From assembly GCA_965223665.1 (NCBI GenBank), contig OZ245011.1, forward strand, positions 352,001-416,000: 64,000 bases of DNA. Reading direction: 5' to 3'. Shown in pieces: positions 40,790-52,120 of this stretch (position 1 is its first letter; the number at the start of each line of letters is the position of its first letter). The position numbers and the translations under genes are program-made. Origin of the DNA: Nitrospinaceae bacterium (GTDB lineage: Bacteria > Nitrospinota > Nitrospinia > Nitrospinales > Nitrospinaceae). The notes beneath the pieces were generated by a model. That model made no database searches and was not told where the DNA came from. It was given only the letters and a program-made list of their open reading frames with translations.

Positions 40790-41713
40790 ATGAAGAACAA
40801 ACATTTGGTCTTTGGCGTTATTGGTTGTTTTTTTATATCAATTTTATTTCTGTTAGTCATTGTCTGGGAAATCAAAAAATCTATTGATCATGATAAACGG
40901 ATTCGGACTTTAGCGGCAAAATCTAAGGAAGTTACCATTCAGGACAACCGAGACTTTAGTATATACGAAACCTTGACAGGTGATGATAATCGGGAAATGA
41001 TTTTGGTCCCCGAAGGAGTTTTTACTCGAGGCTCACTAGAGGGTGGATTCGATGAAAAACCGCAACAAGAAATTTATCTTGACGCGTTTTATGTTGATAA
41101 GTATGAAGTAACCGTCGAATCCTATAACCAATTCCGTAAAGCTGCAAACTATGTAGAACCTTCTGTACCCTTTTTTCAGGGAGACTATGAGATGCTGAAA
41201 ACCCCTAATTTCCCGGTAGTCGGGGTTTCCTGGTACGATGCGGTAAATTACTGCACCTGGGCAGGAAAGCGACTTTTGACTGAAGCAGAATGGGAAAAGG
41301 CTGCACGTGGTACGCATGGATTAGTTTATCCCTGGGGTAACGATATGCTTCCCAAAAGAGCGAATATTTCGGGAACAGCAGATGGATTTAAATTTATGGC
41401 ACCTGTAGGTAGCTTTCCTATGGGTCGTAGTGTATATGGAGTTTATGATATGGCAGGTAATGCTTCTGAATGGGTGCAGGATTGGTACAGTCAATTTACC
41501 TACGAGGAATCTCCCATGATCAATCCCACAGGAGCAGGAAAAAGTAAAAATCGTGTTTTTCGAGGTGGTTCCTGGGATGCACGTAAAGTGGATATACGTT
41601 CCGCGAAACGCTTTGCCGCAACTCCGGGCCGAAAAGATAGCATTGTGGGTTTTCGTTGTGGTAAATCCGTAGTTCCTAAAAATTCCCAAGGCGCCGGAAA
41701 GTCTAAAAGTTGA
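40790..41713 (+). CDS. FGE-sulfatase (SUMF1/EgtB/PvdO-like) domain protein with N-terminal TM anchor
   Basis: KYEVT, PVVGVSWYDA, RLLTEAEWEKAARG, DMAGNASEW, RGGSW, GFRC. Confidence 0.88.
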   Translation: MKNKHLVFGVIGCFFISILFLLVIVWEIKKSIDHDKRIRTLAAKSKEVTIQDNRDFSIYETLTGDDNREMILVPEGVFTRGSLEGGFDEKPQQEIYLDAFYVDKYEVTVESYNQFRKAANYVEPSVPFFQGDYEMLKTPNFPVVGVSWYDAVNYCTWAGKRLLTEAEWEKAARGTHGLVYPWGNDMLPKRANISGTADGFKFMAPVGSFPMGRSVYGVYDMAGNASEWVQDWYSQFTYEESPMINPTGAGKSKNRVFRGGSWDARKVDIRSAKRFAATPGRKDSIVGFRCGKSVVPKNSQGAGKSKS

Positions 41714-44550
41714 CGGATGTTCTTTTCTTGAATCGATCCCAATATAAATTTTGGATATTTGCGTTTTTCTTTATTTCAGGGGCTTCTGGACTGATTTATG
41801 AAGTAGTTTGGACGCGACTTTTAACCTTGGTAATGGGAAATACACATTATTCTGTGTCTACAGTTCTGACAACCTTCATGACCGGGCTTGCTCTGGGGAG
41901 TTATTTTGGGGGGAAGTTCATTGATCGTGGTGGGCGTCCTTTATTTTTATATGGCATTTTAGAAGGTTCGATAGGCCTTTATTGTCTTTTAATTCCCTTT
42001 TTGATTGATGGAGCATTGCCTGTTTTTCAATGGATTTATGCAAATTTTCAAAATTCTTACGCCACAGCAAGCCTTTTACGTTTTCTAATTTGTTTCTTAA
42101 TTTTAATCATCCCTTCCTTTTTCATGGGGGCTACTTTACCTATCCTGGGAAAATTTGTTTCAAATGACCCAGAAGTAATAGGTCGTGATGTAGGGACCCT
42201 TTATTCCCTTAATACTTTAGGAGCGGTCGTCGGTGCTTTTGCGAGTGCGTTTTTATTGATGAAAAATTTTGGGATTTCCAACACTATTTTAATCAGCGCG
42301 GGTCTTAACATTTCAATTGCGGTTATAATTTTAGTTTTTCTAAATAAAAGTTCTTATAAAAATATTTCTTCCAATGAAGACGAAGTAAACTCTGCCGAAT
42401 CAGCTAAAAAATTTACTCCTGAAATGTTATTAATTCTTTTGGGGTTTGGTATTTCCGGAATTGCTGCGCTAATTTACCAAGTCACCTGGAATCGAATTTT
42501 CTCCCTTCTCTTAGGTTCTTCTGTTTATGCGTTTAGTTTAATTTTAACTGGTTTTATTCTAGGTTTAGCTTCTGGGACGATGATTTTTTCTCGAATATGT
42601 CATCTCTTTAAAGATTTACAAAAGGTTTTTGGATTGCTTCAAGTGGGTATTGGTTTATCCGCTTTAATCGCATTGCCTTTTTTCGGGAATATTCCAATGG
42701 TGAATCGATGGGTATATCTAAATTGGGGTTTAGATTTTGTTTCTATTCAAGGAGCCAATTTTTTAATTATTATAACTTTAATCTTTATACCCACTTTTTT
42801 GATGGGTGCCCAGTTTCCCGTGGTTGTAAAGCTTATTGCTAAAAAACTTGAAACTTTGGGACACCATGTAGGTACTGCTTATGCTTCTAATACCATTGGA
42901 ACTATTCTAGGTTCATTTTTAGGAGGATTTCTTCTTATACCCTGGTTAGGAATTCAAGGGACAATAATGTTTGCAATCTTTATGAATGTAGTTTTGGGGG
43001 TAATTTTGCTTTTTGGATCCCAAACCTTATCTTCAATTACAAAAGCCTATGTTCTTCCTGGTCTCATTTTCTTAGTCTTATTTTCTCCAAAAGTTATTAA
43101 GCCGTGGGATAAAGCAGTCATATCCAGTGGCTCATTTATGCCCTATAGAATTGATGATTTAAAAGAAGCAATTCAGCAGAATAATAAGATTCTTTATTAT
43201 AAAGAGGGAACTCATACTACGGTTACTACTGAATTAGCAGTTACAGGGAATATTTTTCTTCGGGTAAATGGAAAAACTGATGCTTCGCTGGCAATGGATA
43301 TGAGGACTCAGTTGCTTTCTGGTTATTTGCCAATGTTTTTTGCAAAAGACCCACAATCAGTTTTAGTGGTGGGTCAAGGTAGTGGAGTGACTTTGGGTGC
43401 CGTGGAGCAATTTCCAGTTAAAGAAATTGACTTGGTAGAAATTTCTCCCGCAGTTATTGAAGGAAGTCAATATTTTGAACCATTCAATCACCAGGCTTTA
43501 AAAGATCCCAGAGTTCGTTTAATTCTAGAAGATGGAAGAAATCATATTACACTTACTGAAAAAAAATACGATGTGATCATTTCTGAACCATCAAATCCTT
43601 GGATATCTGGTGTTGGGGCTTTATTCACGCAGGATTTTTATAAGTTAGTGCGCCCGAGATTGAATCCGGGTGGAATTGCTTGTATCTGGATGCATACCAA
43701 TATGTCTCCTGAAAGTTTTAAATCGATATCAAAGGCATTCCATTCCGAGTTTCCCTTCGTCACTATGTGGGAATCCATAGTAGGGGATGATTATCTTTTG
43801 ATTGGTTCTGATGCTCCTTATACGATTCCTTATGAAAGAGTAAGACGTTTAATTGAAGATTCAATACAGGGTAGGGATTTGCGGAGGCTTGGAATCAGAA
43901 GTGTTAGGGATCTTATGGGACTCATGATAATGGATCAGGCCAACCTAAAAAAGTTTATTAAATCCGCTCCAATTCATACAGATGATAATTCATTATTAGA
44001 GTTTGGCGCTCCGGAATATATCTATAAGGATGAAAGGCATATCATTGTTCAGCAATTAACGCCTTTTTTCCAAACTTTTCCGGAAATATTAAGATTTGAA
44101 GAATTGCCCATTGATAAGCAGAAACAGGTTAGAAAAGAAATTGCCTCTTTGGATCGGTCTGAAATTCAAGTTAGGGAGATAAAACGAAAAGCCAGGATCG
44201 ATCAATATTTGGATCAAGCGGTGGAAGCGGTCAACCGTGGTGGTTTAGAAAAAGCGGTCCAGTTTTATAAAAAGATCCTGGAACAGGAGCCTGATCATAT
44301 TCTAACGCATTTAAACTTGGGTAATATTTATTCGGAAATCCAGGAGTATCAGTTGGCTGAAAAGGAATATTTAACAACATTAAAAATAAATCCCTATTAT
44401 GTGTTTGGAAATTTAGCGTTAGCAAGATTGTATTTGAAAACTCAAAAATCTGAAAAAGCCATCGAGGTGTTGGAAGATGTTTCGAAACTTTTGCCACATG
44501 ACAAAGATATTGCAAAATTTTTGGATATTGTGCGTAAGAAAAAGGCATGA
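41710..44550 (+). CDS. Fused multi-TM (MFS-like) / spermidine-synthase-like SAM domain / TPR protein
   Basis: Two SG..ALIY.V.W.R TM repeats, VNGKTD, VGQGSGVT, VEISP, EDGRN, DVIISEPSNPW, C-terminal TPRs. Confidence 0.85.
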   Translation: MTDVLFLNRSQYKFWIFAFFFISGASGLIYEVVWTRLLTLVMGNTHYSVSTVLTTFMTGLALGSYFGGKFIDRGGRPLFLYGILEGSIGLYCLLIPFLIDGALPVFQWIYANFQNSYATASLLRFLICFLILIIPSFFMGATLPILGKFVSNDPEVIGRDVGTLYSLNTLGAVVGAFASAFLLMKNFGISNTILISAGLNISIAVIILVFLNKSSYKNISSNEDEVNSAESAKKFTPEMLLILLGFGISGIAALIYQVTWNRIFSLLLGSSVYAFSLILTGFILGLASGTMIFSRICHLFKDLQKVFGLLQVGIGLSALIALPFFGNIPMVNRWVYLNWGLDFVSIQGANFLIIITLIFIPTFLMGAQFPVVVKLIAKKLETLGHHVGTAYASNTIGTILGSFLGGFLLIPWLGIQGTIMFAIFMNVVLGVILLFGSQTLSSITKAYVLPGLIFLVLFSPKVIKPWDKAVISSGSFMPYRIDDLKEAIQQNNKILYYKEGTHTTVTTELAVTGNIFLRVNGKTDASLAMDMRTQLLSGYLPMFFAKDPQSVLVVGQGSGVTLGAVEQFPVKEIDLVEISPAVIEGSQYFEPFNHQALKDPRVRLILEDGRNHITLTEKKYDVIISEPSNPWISGVGALFTQDFYKLVRPRLNPGGIACIWMHTNMSPESFKSISKAFHSEFPFVTMWESIVGDDYLLIGSDAPYTIPYERVRRLIEDSIQGRDLRRLGIRSVRDLMGLMIMDQANLKKFIKSAPIHTDDNSLLEFGAPEYIYKDERHIIVQQLTPFFQTFPEILRFEELPIDKQKQVRKEIASLDRSEIQVREIKRKARIDQYLDQAVEAVNRGGLEKAVQFYKKILEQEPDHILTHLNLGNIYSEIQEYQLAEKEYLTTLKINPYYVFGNLALARLYLKTQKSEKAIEVLEDVSKLLPHDKDIAKFLDIVRKKKA

Positions 44551-44661
44551 ATATGCGACAAAACTTCATATTAGTCTCTAAAGAAATTTTGCTCCGTTAT
44601 GATATTACTTGTATACTCGCAAGCTATTGGAAACAAATATTTTTTATTGAAAGAAGTGTCA

Positions 44662-45399
44662 ATGCCTAGAAAAGTGAAAATTCTGTGGGTTGTTTGTTGT
44701 ATTTTTATTTTTATTGGATTTATATATTTGTCCATGCAGGATCAGATGCAAAAGGCTCAAGTAAAGTCAAAAGAAAGGCAAGAAAGAATTCAACAGCAGA
44801 AAAAAGAGAAACTGGCAAAGCTGAAGGAAAAAGCAGCCCTAGAGGAACAAGTTCAAAAAATAAAAGAACTCAATGCATTGGGGAAACACTTAGAAGCTGC
44901 TGAGGTAGCTAAAAACTTAATTGAAAAAGATCCCAAAAATGCGAAAGCGTATACTTGGTGGGGAATCACTTTGGTTAAATTAGATAAATATGATGAGGCT
45001 TTGGAAAAGTTTATTACCTCCTCACAAGTCGACCCGAATCAAGTCCAAACCTATATATACTGGGGGCTGACTCTTGATTTACAGAAAAAACATGAGGAGG
45101 CTATTGATAAATACGAAAACGCTTTATTGTTGGATCCTCATAATAGTAAGGCTTATGCTTCATGGGGAGCGGCATTAAATCAAATGGGAAAATATGATGA
45201 AGCCATAGAAAAATTAAAAGAGTCGTTGGACTATAATCCACATAATAAGTCCGCCTATGGGGTTTTGGTAGATTCGTATTTCCATAAGGGTGAATATAAA
45301 AATGCATGGGAGGTGGTATCTAAAGCCAGGAATGCAAAAATTACCATTTCCAAAGCGTCCTTGAAAAGGCTGGCGGATGCAAGTCCAGAGCCTAAGTGA
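44662..45399 (+). CDS. Membrane-anchored TPR protein
   Basis: N-terminal TM, coiled-coil, about 5 TPRs with WG motifs. Confidence 0.8.
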   Translation: MPRKVKILWVVCCIFIFIGFIYLSMQDQMQKAQVKSKERQERIQQQKKEKLAKLKEKAALEEQVQKIKELNALGKHLEAAEVAKNLIEKDPKNAKAYTWWGITLVKLDKYDEALEKFITSSQVDPNQVQTYIYWGLTLDLQKKHEEAIDKYENALLLDPHNSKAYASWGAALNQMGKYDEAIEKLKESLDYNPHNKSAYGVLVDSYFHKGEYKNAWEVVSKARNAKITISKASLKRLADASPEPK

Positions 45400-45528
45400 G
45401 ATAAAAGTTTTTTTTGATATTGGCTTTTGATATATTAAACAGGTTATACCTATGATTAATGGATCTTACCTAAAATTTACATTTTCCTCCCTCCACTTTC
45501 TTTTGTTGAAAGGAAGCTCAACAAATAA

Positions 45529-46575
45529 ATGAAAACTCTTCGATCTAATTCATGGTTCCTTATTTTTGCCATAGTAAGTCTTTTGCTTTTTACTTCTGTT
45601 TCTTCTGCAGATGAATCAATCCAGGAAAAGAGTACCTTGATTGAAAAGGTCAGCTTGGGTTGGAAGGTGGTGAAACAGAAAACATTTGAAATTCCCAATT
45701 ATGCTAAAACTATTGCAAATTATAAGCCTTCTTTTGAAATTCCAAATTTTGCAAAGACTATCGCAAATTATAAGCCTTCCTTTACGAAATATCTTTCCTG
45801 GCCAAAGTTAACTGAGCATGATTATGGAAGAGTTGTCCTGGTAAGTTCTGAAGGGCGGGCATTAAACAGTTATTATGAATCCAGTGATTTAGATTCGATT
45901 TATGCGCAAAATGAAATAAATAATGATGATCCATTTGAGGATCCGTTTGCCAGTGAGGAAGTAAAGTATCCTCCACTAAAAGATCCTTGGGAAGGCTTCA
46001 ACCGTTCTATGTTTTGGTTTAATGATAATTTGTATGTTTATTTTCTTAGACCTGTCGCATTAACTTACCGAGAAATCGTTCATGAAGACATTCGAATTAT
46101 TGTTAGCAACTTATTTGATACCGTGGCCGCGCCTGCTAAATTATTCAGTAGTATTATGCAGGGTGATTTTAATAAATCCGGACGAGTTATTAGCCGAACG
46201 GTGATTAATATACTATTTGGCTGGGGAGGAATGTTCGATGTTGCGGGTGAGGAATATGGGATAAAAAATGTAAATGAAGACTTTGGGCAAGCTCTAGGAA
46301 ATCATTTGTTTCCACCCGGTCCCTACTTAGTGTTGCCTTTTTTAGGACCTTCCACCTTGAGAGATACTTTTGGGCGCGTGGTGGATTCGTTTTTAAATCC
46401 GATTTTTTTCTTGAATCCAGGTTTCTTTGTAAGTGCAGGCTTAACGGCAACTAATATGATAAATGAAACTGCTTTTCGAATTAAGGATATTGATGCCCTA
46501 AGGGAGGATTTTGACCCTTATTCAAATATGAAGAATTTTTATCATCAATTCCGTGAAAAAGCGGTCGAGGAATAA
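45529..46575 (+). CDS. mlaA: MlaA/VacJ family protein with N-terminal extension
   Basis: DPWEGFNRSMF.FND, EDFGQALG, GPYLVLPFLGPSTLRD. Confidence 0.85.
   Translation: MKTLRSNSWFLIFAIVSLLLFTSVSSADESIQEKSTLIEKVSLGWKVVKQKTFEIPNYAKTIANYKPSFEIPNFAKTIANYKPSFTKYLSWPKLTEHDYGRVVLVSSEGRALNSYYESSDLDSIYAQNEINNDDPFEDPFASEEVKYPPLKDPWEGFNRSMFWFNDNLYVYFLRPVALTYREIVHEDIRIIVSNLFDTVAAPAKLFSSIMQGDFNKSGRVISRTVINILFGWGGMFDVAGEEYGIKNVNEDFGQALGNHLFPPGPYLVLPFLGPSTLRDTFGRVVDSFLNPIFFLNPGFFVSAGLTATNMINETAFRIKDIDALREDFDPYSNMKNFYHQFREKAVEE
45685..45780 (+). repeat. 48-bp tandem duplication (16 aa x2) in mlaA
   Basis: FEIPNYAKTIANYKPS / FEIPNFAKTIANYKPS; 6 nucleotide differences between copies. Confidence 0.95.
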
Positions 46576-46704
46576 TCCACAATTGGCTTTCTCCGATTTA
46601 ACTCGGCTAATTAATATAGAATTTGGTTTTTAGCTTTCTTCCCTACATAAGATTTTGTATCCTTGATCCATCCAAATTTATTTTTGAACTTTACAAGGAT
46701 TACA

Positions 46705-48894
46705 ATGTCCCCTTCGCAGTTTACGAATCGATTAATAAATGAAACGAGTCCCTATCTTCAACAGCATGCTCATAATCCAATAGAATGGTTTCCTTGGGGA
46801 CCTGAAGCTTTTAATAAGGCCAAACAGGAAGATAAACCTGTTTTCCTAAGTATTGGGTATTCGGCTTGTCATTGGTGCCATGTCATGGCAAATGAATCCT
46901 TTGAAAATATTGAAATTGCCAAACTTGCAAACGAATTGTTTGTAAACGTAAAAGTAGACCGAGAGGAACGACCCGATATTGATGCCCTTTACATGAAGGC
47001 CATAGTTGAACTTACAGGCCATGGGGGTTGGCCACTGAGTATTTTTTTGACTCCTGATCAAGAACCCTATTTCGGGGGAACTTACTATCCCCCAAAATCA
47101 AGAAATCGTCAGCCGGGGTTTAAGGATGTATTGAACCAGGCATATGATCTTTATAAAAGTCAAAAGGATCAGTTGGGAACAAGAACAAGAAATTTACTGA
47201 CAAAAATACAAAGTAAAAATGAAGCGGGAGATTCTAATCAGGAGATACCTGTTAGTGAGTTTATTTCCAAGTCTACTCAATTAATGGCAGAGCGTTTTGA
47301 TGAGACGTATGGTGGTTTTGGAGGGGGAATGAAATTTCCCGAACCAATGATTTATGCTTTGTTACTTCGTCATTGGTGGAAAAATGATAATAACGAAGCA
47401 ATAATGATGGTCGATAAATCTCTTACCAAAATGGCAGAAGGTGGAATGTATGATCAATTGGGTGGTGGGTTTCATCGATATTCCACGGATAGAAAGTGGT
47501 TGGTTCCGCATTTTGAAAAGATGCTTTATGACAATGCTCTTTTAACTAAACTTTTTTTAGAAACCTTTCAGGCAACAAAGCAGGAAATATATGAGCGTAT
47601 TCCCTGCGAAACTTTGGATTATATTTTAAGAGAAATGACTTCCGAAGAAGGAGGTTTTTTTTCGAGTCAAGATGCTGATACGGAAGAAGGAGAGGGAAGC
47701 TTTTTCCTATGGCAAATGCGAGAAGTTCTCGATCTATTGGGTCCACGTCATGCGAAGGTGTTTTGCCGAATTTATGGAATTACTTCTGCGGGAAACTTTC
47801 AAAAGAAAAATGTGCTGCATTTGAAAGATTCTCTGGAAACCATTTCCGATGAGGAAGGGATACCCATTTTTGAAGTGAGTCACATAGCAAAAACTGCCAA
47901 ACAAACTCTATTCCAGGCTAGAGAGAAAAGAAAATTACCGTTTGTAGATGAAAAAATTCTTACAGGATGGAATGGAATGATGATTGGAGCTATGGCTTAC
48001 GGTTACTTTGTCTTAAGGAACCCGGAATATTTAAAAGCTGCTTCAAAGGCTGCAAATTTTATTTGGGATCGATTACGTGAAAATGAAAAACTTTACCGGG
48101 TCTATAAAGATGGGCAATCTAAAGTGCTTGCTGGAATAGAAGATTATTCATGGTATTTAGATGGCTTATTAAGACTATACGAGGCATCTTTAGATTTGGA
48201 ATGGATTAATAAGGCAAAAATAATAGCTGACGAAATGATTAAATTATTTTGGGATATATCTGATGGGGGTTTTTTCATGACAGGAAGTCTTCAGGAAAAC
48301 TTGATAGCGCGAATTAAGGATTCTCACGATGAAGCAATTCCTTCGTCTAATTCAATTGCAGCTAAAGCTTTAATAAAATTAGGTCGGTTAACGGGAAATA
48401 CCGAATATTCTTTAAAAGGTAGGAAAACTATTCAGGCGTTTCAGGGTTCTATAGAACTTCAACCGGCAGCACATTCCAGTTTCTTAGATGCATTGGAATA
48501 TTATGATTCTCCGCCATTGGAAGTTGTTATTTCAGGTGACGAAAATGATAAAGAGTATCTTGAAATGCTAAAAGTGATATATCAGGATTATCGTCCTAAC
48601 TTGTTATTGGTTGGATATAAAGGTGAAAAAACTTTTGAAATAATACCCTGGGCTCAGGGCAGAGGGCCTGTGTCGGGAAAAACAACAGCTTATGTTTGTA
48701 AAGACAATTCTTGTCACCCTCCAGTGCATGATTCGGAGTCACTTAATCATCTCTTAGGTCGTCCTCCGAGAATTAGCTTGAACATTTTTGATCAGGAGAA
48801 ACAAGTCCAAGATATGCAATCACGTGAGCAAGATAATTTTCTTAACGCGATGTCAGATATTTTTAAGTACTCAGGGTTAGGAAAAAAAAGATAA
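46705..48894 (+). CDS. YyaL/SSP411 (DUF255) thioredoxin-domain protein
   Basis: [45 protein letters not shown]. Confidence 0.9.
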   Translation: MSPSQFTNRLINETSPYLQQHAHNPIEWFPWGPEAFNKAKQEDKPVFLSIGYSACHWCHVMANESFENIEIAKLANELFVNVKVDREERPDIDALYMKAIVELTGHGGWPLSIFLTPDQEPYFGGTYYPPKSRNRQPGFKDVLNQAYDLYKSQKDQLGTRTRNLLTKIQSKNEAGDSNQEIPVSEFISKSTQLMAERFDETYGGFGGGMKFPEPMIYALLLRHWWKNDNNEAIMMVDKSLTKMAEGGMYDQLGGGFHRYSTDRKWLVPHFEKMLYDNALLTKLFLETFQATKQEIYERIPCETLDYILREMTSEEGGFFSSQDADTEEGEGSFFLWQMREVLDLLGPRHAKVFCRIYGITSAGNFQKKNVLHLKDSLETISDEEGIPIFEVSHIAKTAKQTLFQAREKRKLPFVDEKILTGWNGMMIGAMAYGYFVLRNPEYLKAASKAANFIWDRLRENEKLYRVYKDGQSKVLAGIEDYSWYLDGLLRLYEASLDLEWINKAKIIADEMIKLFWDISDGGFFMTGSLQENLIARIKDSHDEAIPSSNSIAAKALIKLGRLTGNTEYSLKGRKTIQAFQGSIELQPAAHSSFLDALEYYDSPPLEVVISGDENDKEYLEMLKVIYQDYRPNLLLVGYKGEKTFEIIPWAQGRGPVSGKTTAYVCKDNSCHPPVHDSESLNHLLGRPPRISLNIFDQEKQVQDMQSREQDNFLNAMSDIFKYSGLGKKR

Positions 48895-48896
48895 AA

Positions 48897-48940
48897 AAAT
48901 AGCTCATTTAGAATTACAAAAAATTCTAAAGGAGCTATTT
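48897..48940. terminator. Putative bidirectional terminator between convergent genes
   Basis: AAATAGCTC-a-TTTAGAATT-loop-AATTCTAAA-g-GAGCTATTT hairpin between stops at 48894 and 48960. Confidence 0.6.
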
Positions 48941-48959
48941 ATATTTAATTTATTTTTAC

Positions 48960-49505
48960 CTAAATTCCCATCGATAAGGTTAGATCGATTAAATCTAAAA
49001 TTATTCCAGTGTCATTTTCTACTAAAGCTACTTGGTTATTAAAATAATATCGGCTGGTTCCAGGGTGTGAGGGAGGTAACTTATCCAATAATTTTTGTGG
49101 AAGTGACTCTCCTGAAATATCTTTGGGAAACTTTTCCTCTTTAATTAATCCAGGAGCTAGATATCCGTTTTCACTAACTGATCCCTTGGGAATTGGTTGT
49201 TTTGCTTCCTTGGGTTTCCACTTAATAGGATGCGGCTTATGGTACTGACTGTAATAGTTGAGAATGACTCTTCGTTCCAATTCTCCAAATCCGATTTTGA
49301 CATTTGAAGCAAGCTTGATTTTTTTGCTTGTATTTGGGGTTTTAGTTTCTTTTGTTACCTTTAAATTATTTTCAAATGTAAATCCCGATAAAATAGATCC
49401 CATAATAAATAATATTGATACCAAAGATTTTAGGTGGAAATCTATTTGATTGAAATTTAATTCAGAGCCTATCCTTAACAGTTTGGTTTTCCGGTTAACC
49501 CACAT
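48960..49505 (-). CDS. Hypothetical exported protein (RcnB/CigR-like C-terminus)
   Basis: Hydrophobic segment, then L.PGL...LP..LL.KLPP..PG..R......V.LV...T..ILD.I. Confidence 0.5.
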   Translation of the reverse strand: MWVNRKTKLLRIGSELNFNQIDFHLKSLVSILFIMGSILSGFTFENNLKVTKETKTPNTSKKIKLASNVKIGFGELERRVILNYYSQYHKPHPIKWKPKEAKQPIPKGSVSENGYLAPGLIKEEKFPKDISGESLPQKLLDKLPPSHPGTSRYYFNNQVALVENDTGIILDLIDLTLSMGI

Positions 49506-49713
49506 GTTTGTGCTACTCCAAATAGATAGATAGAAATTTAATGTTATTCTAATATTTGAAATTATTTAACAGGCAATGTCCAAATAATTTTTCATTCCAA
49601 AGGGAATAAAAAATATATTCTTAAATCAAATCTAAATATAAAGCCGAAATTCAAAATGAATTTGGTGTAGGGTAAATGTAATGGGGTGAAGGAAAAAATT
49701 CTAAAAAAATTAA

Positions 49714-50169
49714 TTAAAATTCAGACTCATAAACATGATAACCCGCATGGACCATTCCTAAATTTTCGTAAACCAATTTGCCAATTCGGTTTTCTTCTTC
49801 AACATAAAGTCTTAGGCCGACAACTCTTGGGTTAGCTTTAGCTAATGACTCAATATGTAAGAATAATTTTTTAAAAATTCCCTGGTTTCTATAATCCGGA
49901 TGGACGTAGACACTTTGCAACCACCAAAGTTCTCCATTTCGCCAATCACTCCATTCGAAAGTAACCATTGCTTGTCCGAGGACAGAACTGGCTTTTTCGG
50001 CAACATAATATTGACAAATATTAGGTTGTGTTAAACCCTGAATCACTCCCTGCTTTAAGGTCTCTGGTTTAAGAATTTTAGATTCAGTTTCCCAGGCCAT
50101 CTTATTATTAAATTCAATAATGACGCTGGCGTCCTCAGGAATTCCCTTGCGAATTACTATATTGTCCAT
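49714..50169 (-). CDS. GNAT family N-acetyltransferase
   Basis: EWSDWRNG, VYVHPDYRNQGIF, VYENLGM. Confidence 0.88.
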   Translation of the reverse strand: MDNIVIRKGIPEDASVIIEFNNKMAWETESKILKPETLKQGVIQGLTQPNICQYYVAEKASSVLGQAMVTFEWSDWRNGELWWLQSVYVHPDYRNQGIFKKLFLHIESLAKANPRVVGLRLYVEEENRIGKLVYENLGMVHAGYHVYESEF

Positions 50170-50182
50170 TTTAAACTTTGAA

Positions 50183-50710
50183 TTAAATATTTAGCTGTTG
50201 AATTAAGCTTTGAACCATTTCTTCAATTTTAGAATGCGCTTTCTCAGAAATTAGGCGGTTTTTATCGTCAAAATCTTCATAATTGGTATAAACAATAGGT
50301 TGAATGGTTGTGGCATGGCATTCATATGCTAAAACTTTATCTAAATCTGCAGATGACATGTAGGAATGCTTTCCTCCCGCGTTGCAAACAATACCGGCAA
50401 ATTTTTTGTCATATGCGTTCGATGTAATCTCGATAAAATTTTTCAATACTCCTGAAATAGAATAACAATATACCGGCATTCCAAAAACAAATCCCTGGCC
50501 GCTTTCCAATTTTTTATATACCTTGACCATTGAGTCAGAGTATTTTTTTAAGGGCCTTCCATCGCAAAATTCCATATTTTTTATTTTTCGCAGATCGATG
50601 GTTTCGCAGGGGATTTTGAATTTCTTGAAAAGTCTTGAAATTTCTTTTAGTACAATTGCTGTTTTAGATTTTTTACTCAAGCTTCCTTGGATTAAATAGA
50701 TTTGGGGCAT
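50183..50710 (-). CDS. NADPH-dependent FMN reductase
   Basis: GSLSKKSKT, PVYCYSISGVLKNFIE, AGG. Confidence 0.82.
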   Translation of the reverse strand: MPQIYLIQGSLSKKSKTAIVLKEISRLFKKFKIPCETIDLRKIKNMEFCDGRPLKKYSDSMVKVYKKLESGQGFVFGMPVYCYSISGVLKNFIEITSNAYDKKFAGIVCNAGGKHSYMSSADLDKVLAYECHATTIQPIVYTNYEDFDDKNRLISEKAHSKIEEMVQSLIQQLNI

Positions 50711-50726
50711 ATTAATTCCAGTATTA

Positions 50727-51929
50727 TTAGAGTTGTGTCAAAACCTCATTGATTTTTAAATGAGCCCAATCGATATCGTCCCTTTTTATTATTAGAGGCG
50801 GTGCAATTCGTAGAACATTTTCCTGAGTTTCTTTGCAAAGCAAACCTCTTTCTTGAAGTGCTTCGCAAAATCGTCTTGCTCCACCCGCTGTGGGAAATAA
50901 TTCAATTCCGATGAGTAATCCTTTTCCTCGAACCTCTTTTATGTAGGGAGAAGAAATTTCTTTTAATTTATTTTGAAAATAGTCACCCAGGATTCTAGAG
51001 TTTTCAATTAAATTTTCTTCTACAATAACTCGAAGAGCTTCACGGGCAACTGCACAGGCCAGAGGGTTACCCCCAAAGGTACTTCCGTGATCACCAGGAC
51101 GAAATACTCCTAATACTTCGTGATTAGAAAGGACTGCTGAAATGGGGTAGAATCCTCCAGACAAAGCTTTACCCACCAATGTTAAATCTGATTCTATATT
51201 TTCATGTTCTTCAGCAAACAACTTTCCAGTACGGCCAAGTCCAGTCTGAATTTCATCCAAAATCAACATTACATTTTTTCTCTTACAAATATCTCGAGTT
51301 TCTTTTAAGTAGCCGTTGGGAGGAACAATTACTCCTCCTTCTCCCTGAATGGGTTCTACCAGAAATGCCACAGTATTTGGGGTAATTGCATTTTCTAATG
51401 CCTCACTATTTCCAAAAGGTATAGATTTAAATCCTGGAGTAAAAGGAGCATATCCCTGGCGATATTGTTTTGACGAACTAAATCCCACGATAGTTAAAGT
51501 TCTTCCATGAAAGTTATTTTCGCAAACAATAATTTCAGCTTTCTCATAAGGAACCTTTTTCACTTCATAGCCCCATTTTCGAACCGCTTTAATAGCAGTT
51601 TCTACTGCCTCGGCACCACTATTCATAGGTAAAATGGAGTGCGAATGGGTTAATTCACAAATTTCCTTATAAAATAAACCTAAATGTTCATTTCGAAAGG
51701 CACGGGAAACCAAGGTTAATTTCCTGGCCTGTTCCGTCAAAACCTTTAGAATTCTTGGGTGACAATGGCCCTGGTTAACTGCCGAATACGCAGATAGGCA
51801 GTCCATGTATTTTTTACCTTCTATATCCCAAACCCAAATTCCCTGTCCTCTGGATAAAATAACGTCTAAAGGCTTATAATTATTAGCCCCAAACTTATTT
51901 TCTAAATCGATATAGTCCTGTGTTTTCAT
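50727..51929 (-). CDS. rocD: Ornithine--oxo-acid aminotransferase
   Basis: [58 protein letters not shown]. Likely start is MKTQ at 51929. Confidence 0.93.
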   Translation of the reverse strand: MKTQDYIDLENKFGANNYKPLDVILSRGQGIWVWDIEGKKYMDCLSAYSAVNQGHCHPRILKVLTEQARKLTLVSRAFRNEHLGLFYKEICELTHSHSILPMNSGAEAVETAIKAVRKWGYEVKKVPYEKAEIIVCENNFHGRTLTIVGFSSSKQYRQGYAPFTPGFKSIPFGNSEALENAITPNTVAFLVEPIQGEGGVIVPPNGYLKETRDICKRKNVMLILDEIQTGLGRTGKLFAEEHENIESDLTLVGKALSGGFYPISAVLSNHEVLGVFRPGDHGSTFGGNPLACAVAREALRVIVEENLIENSRILGDYFQNKLKEISSPYIKEVRGKGLLIGIELFPTAGGARRFCEALQERGLLCKETQENVLRIAPPLIIKRDDIDWAHLKINEVLTQL

Positions 51930-52120
51930 TGGTATCTTCTGGATGTTTATTGTTGAATTCTCTATATTTACCAGTTTATCATAGGACCCAAGAACAAAAA
52001 TAAATCTTATCGGAATTGATTTCTTTGGGATTCCCATAGGAATAAGCAATTTCCGTTGATAAAACAATGGAATAATGTATAATTCCAAAGTTTACCAACC
52101 CCATTGAAAGAGAAAAGCTT

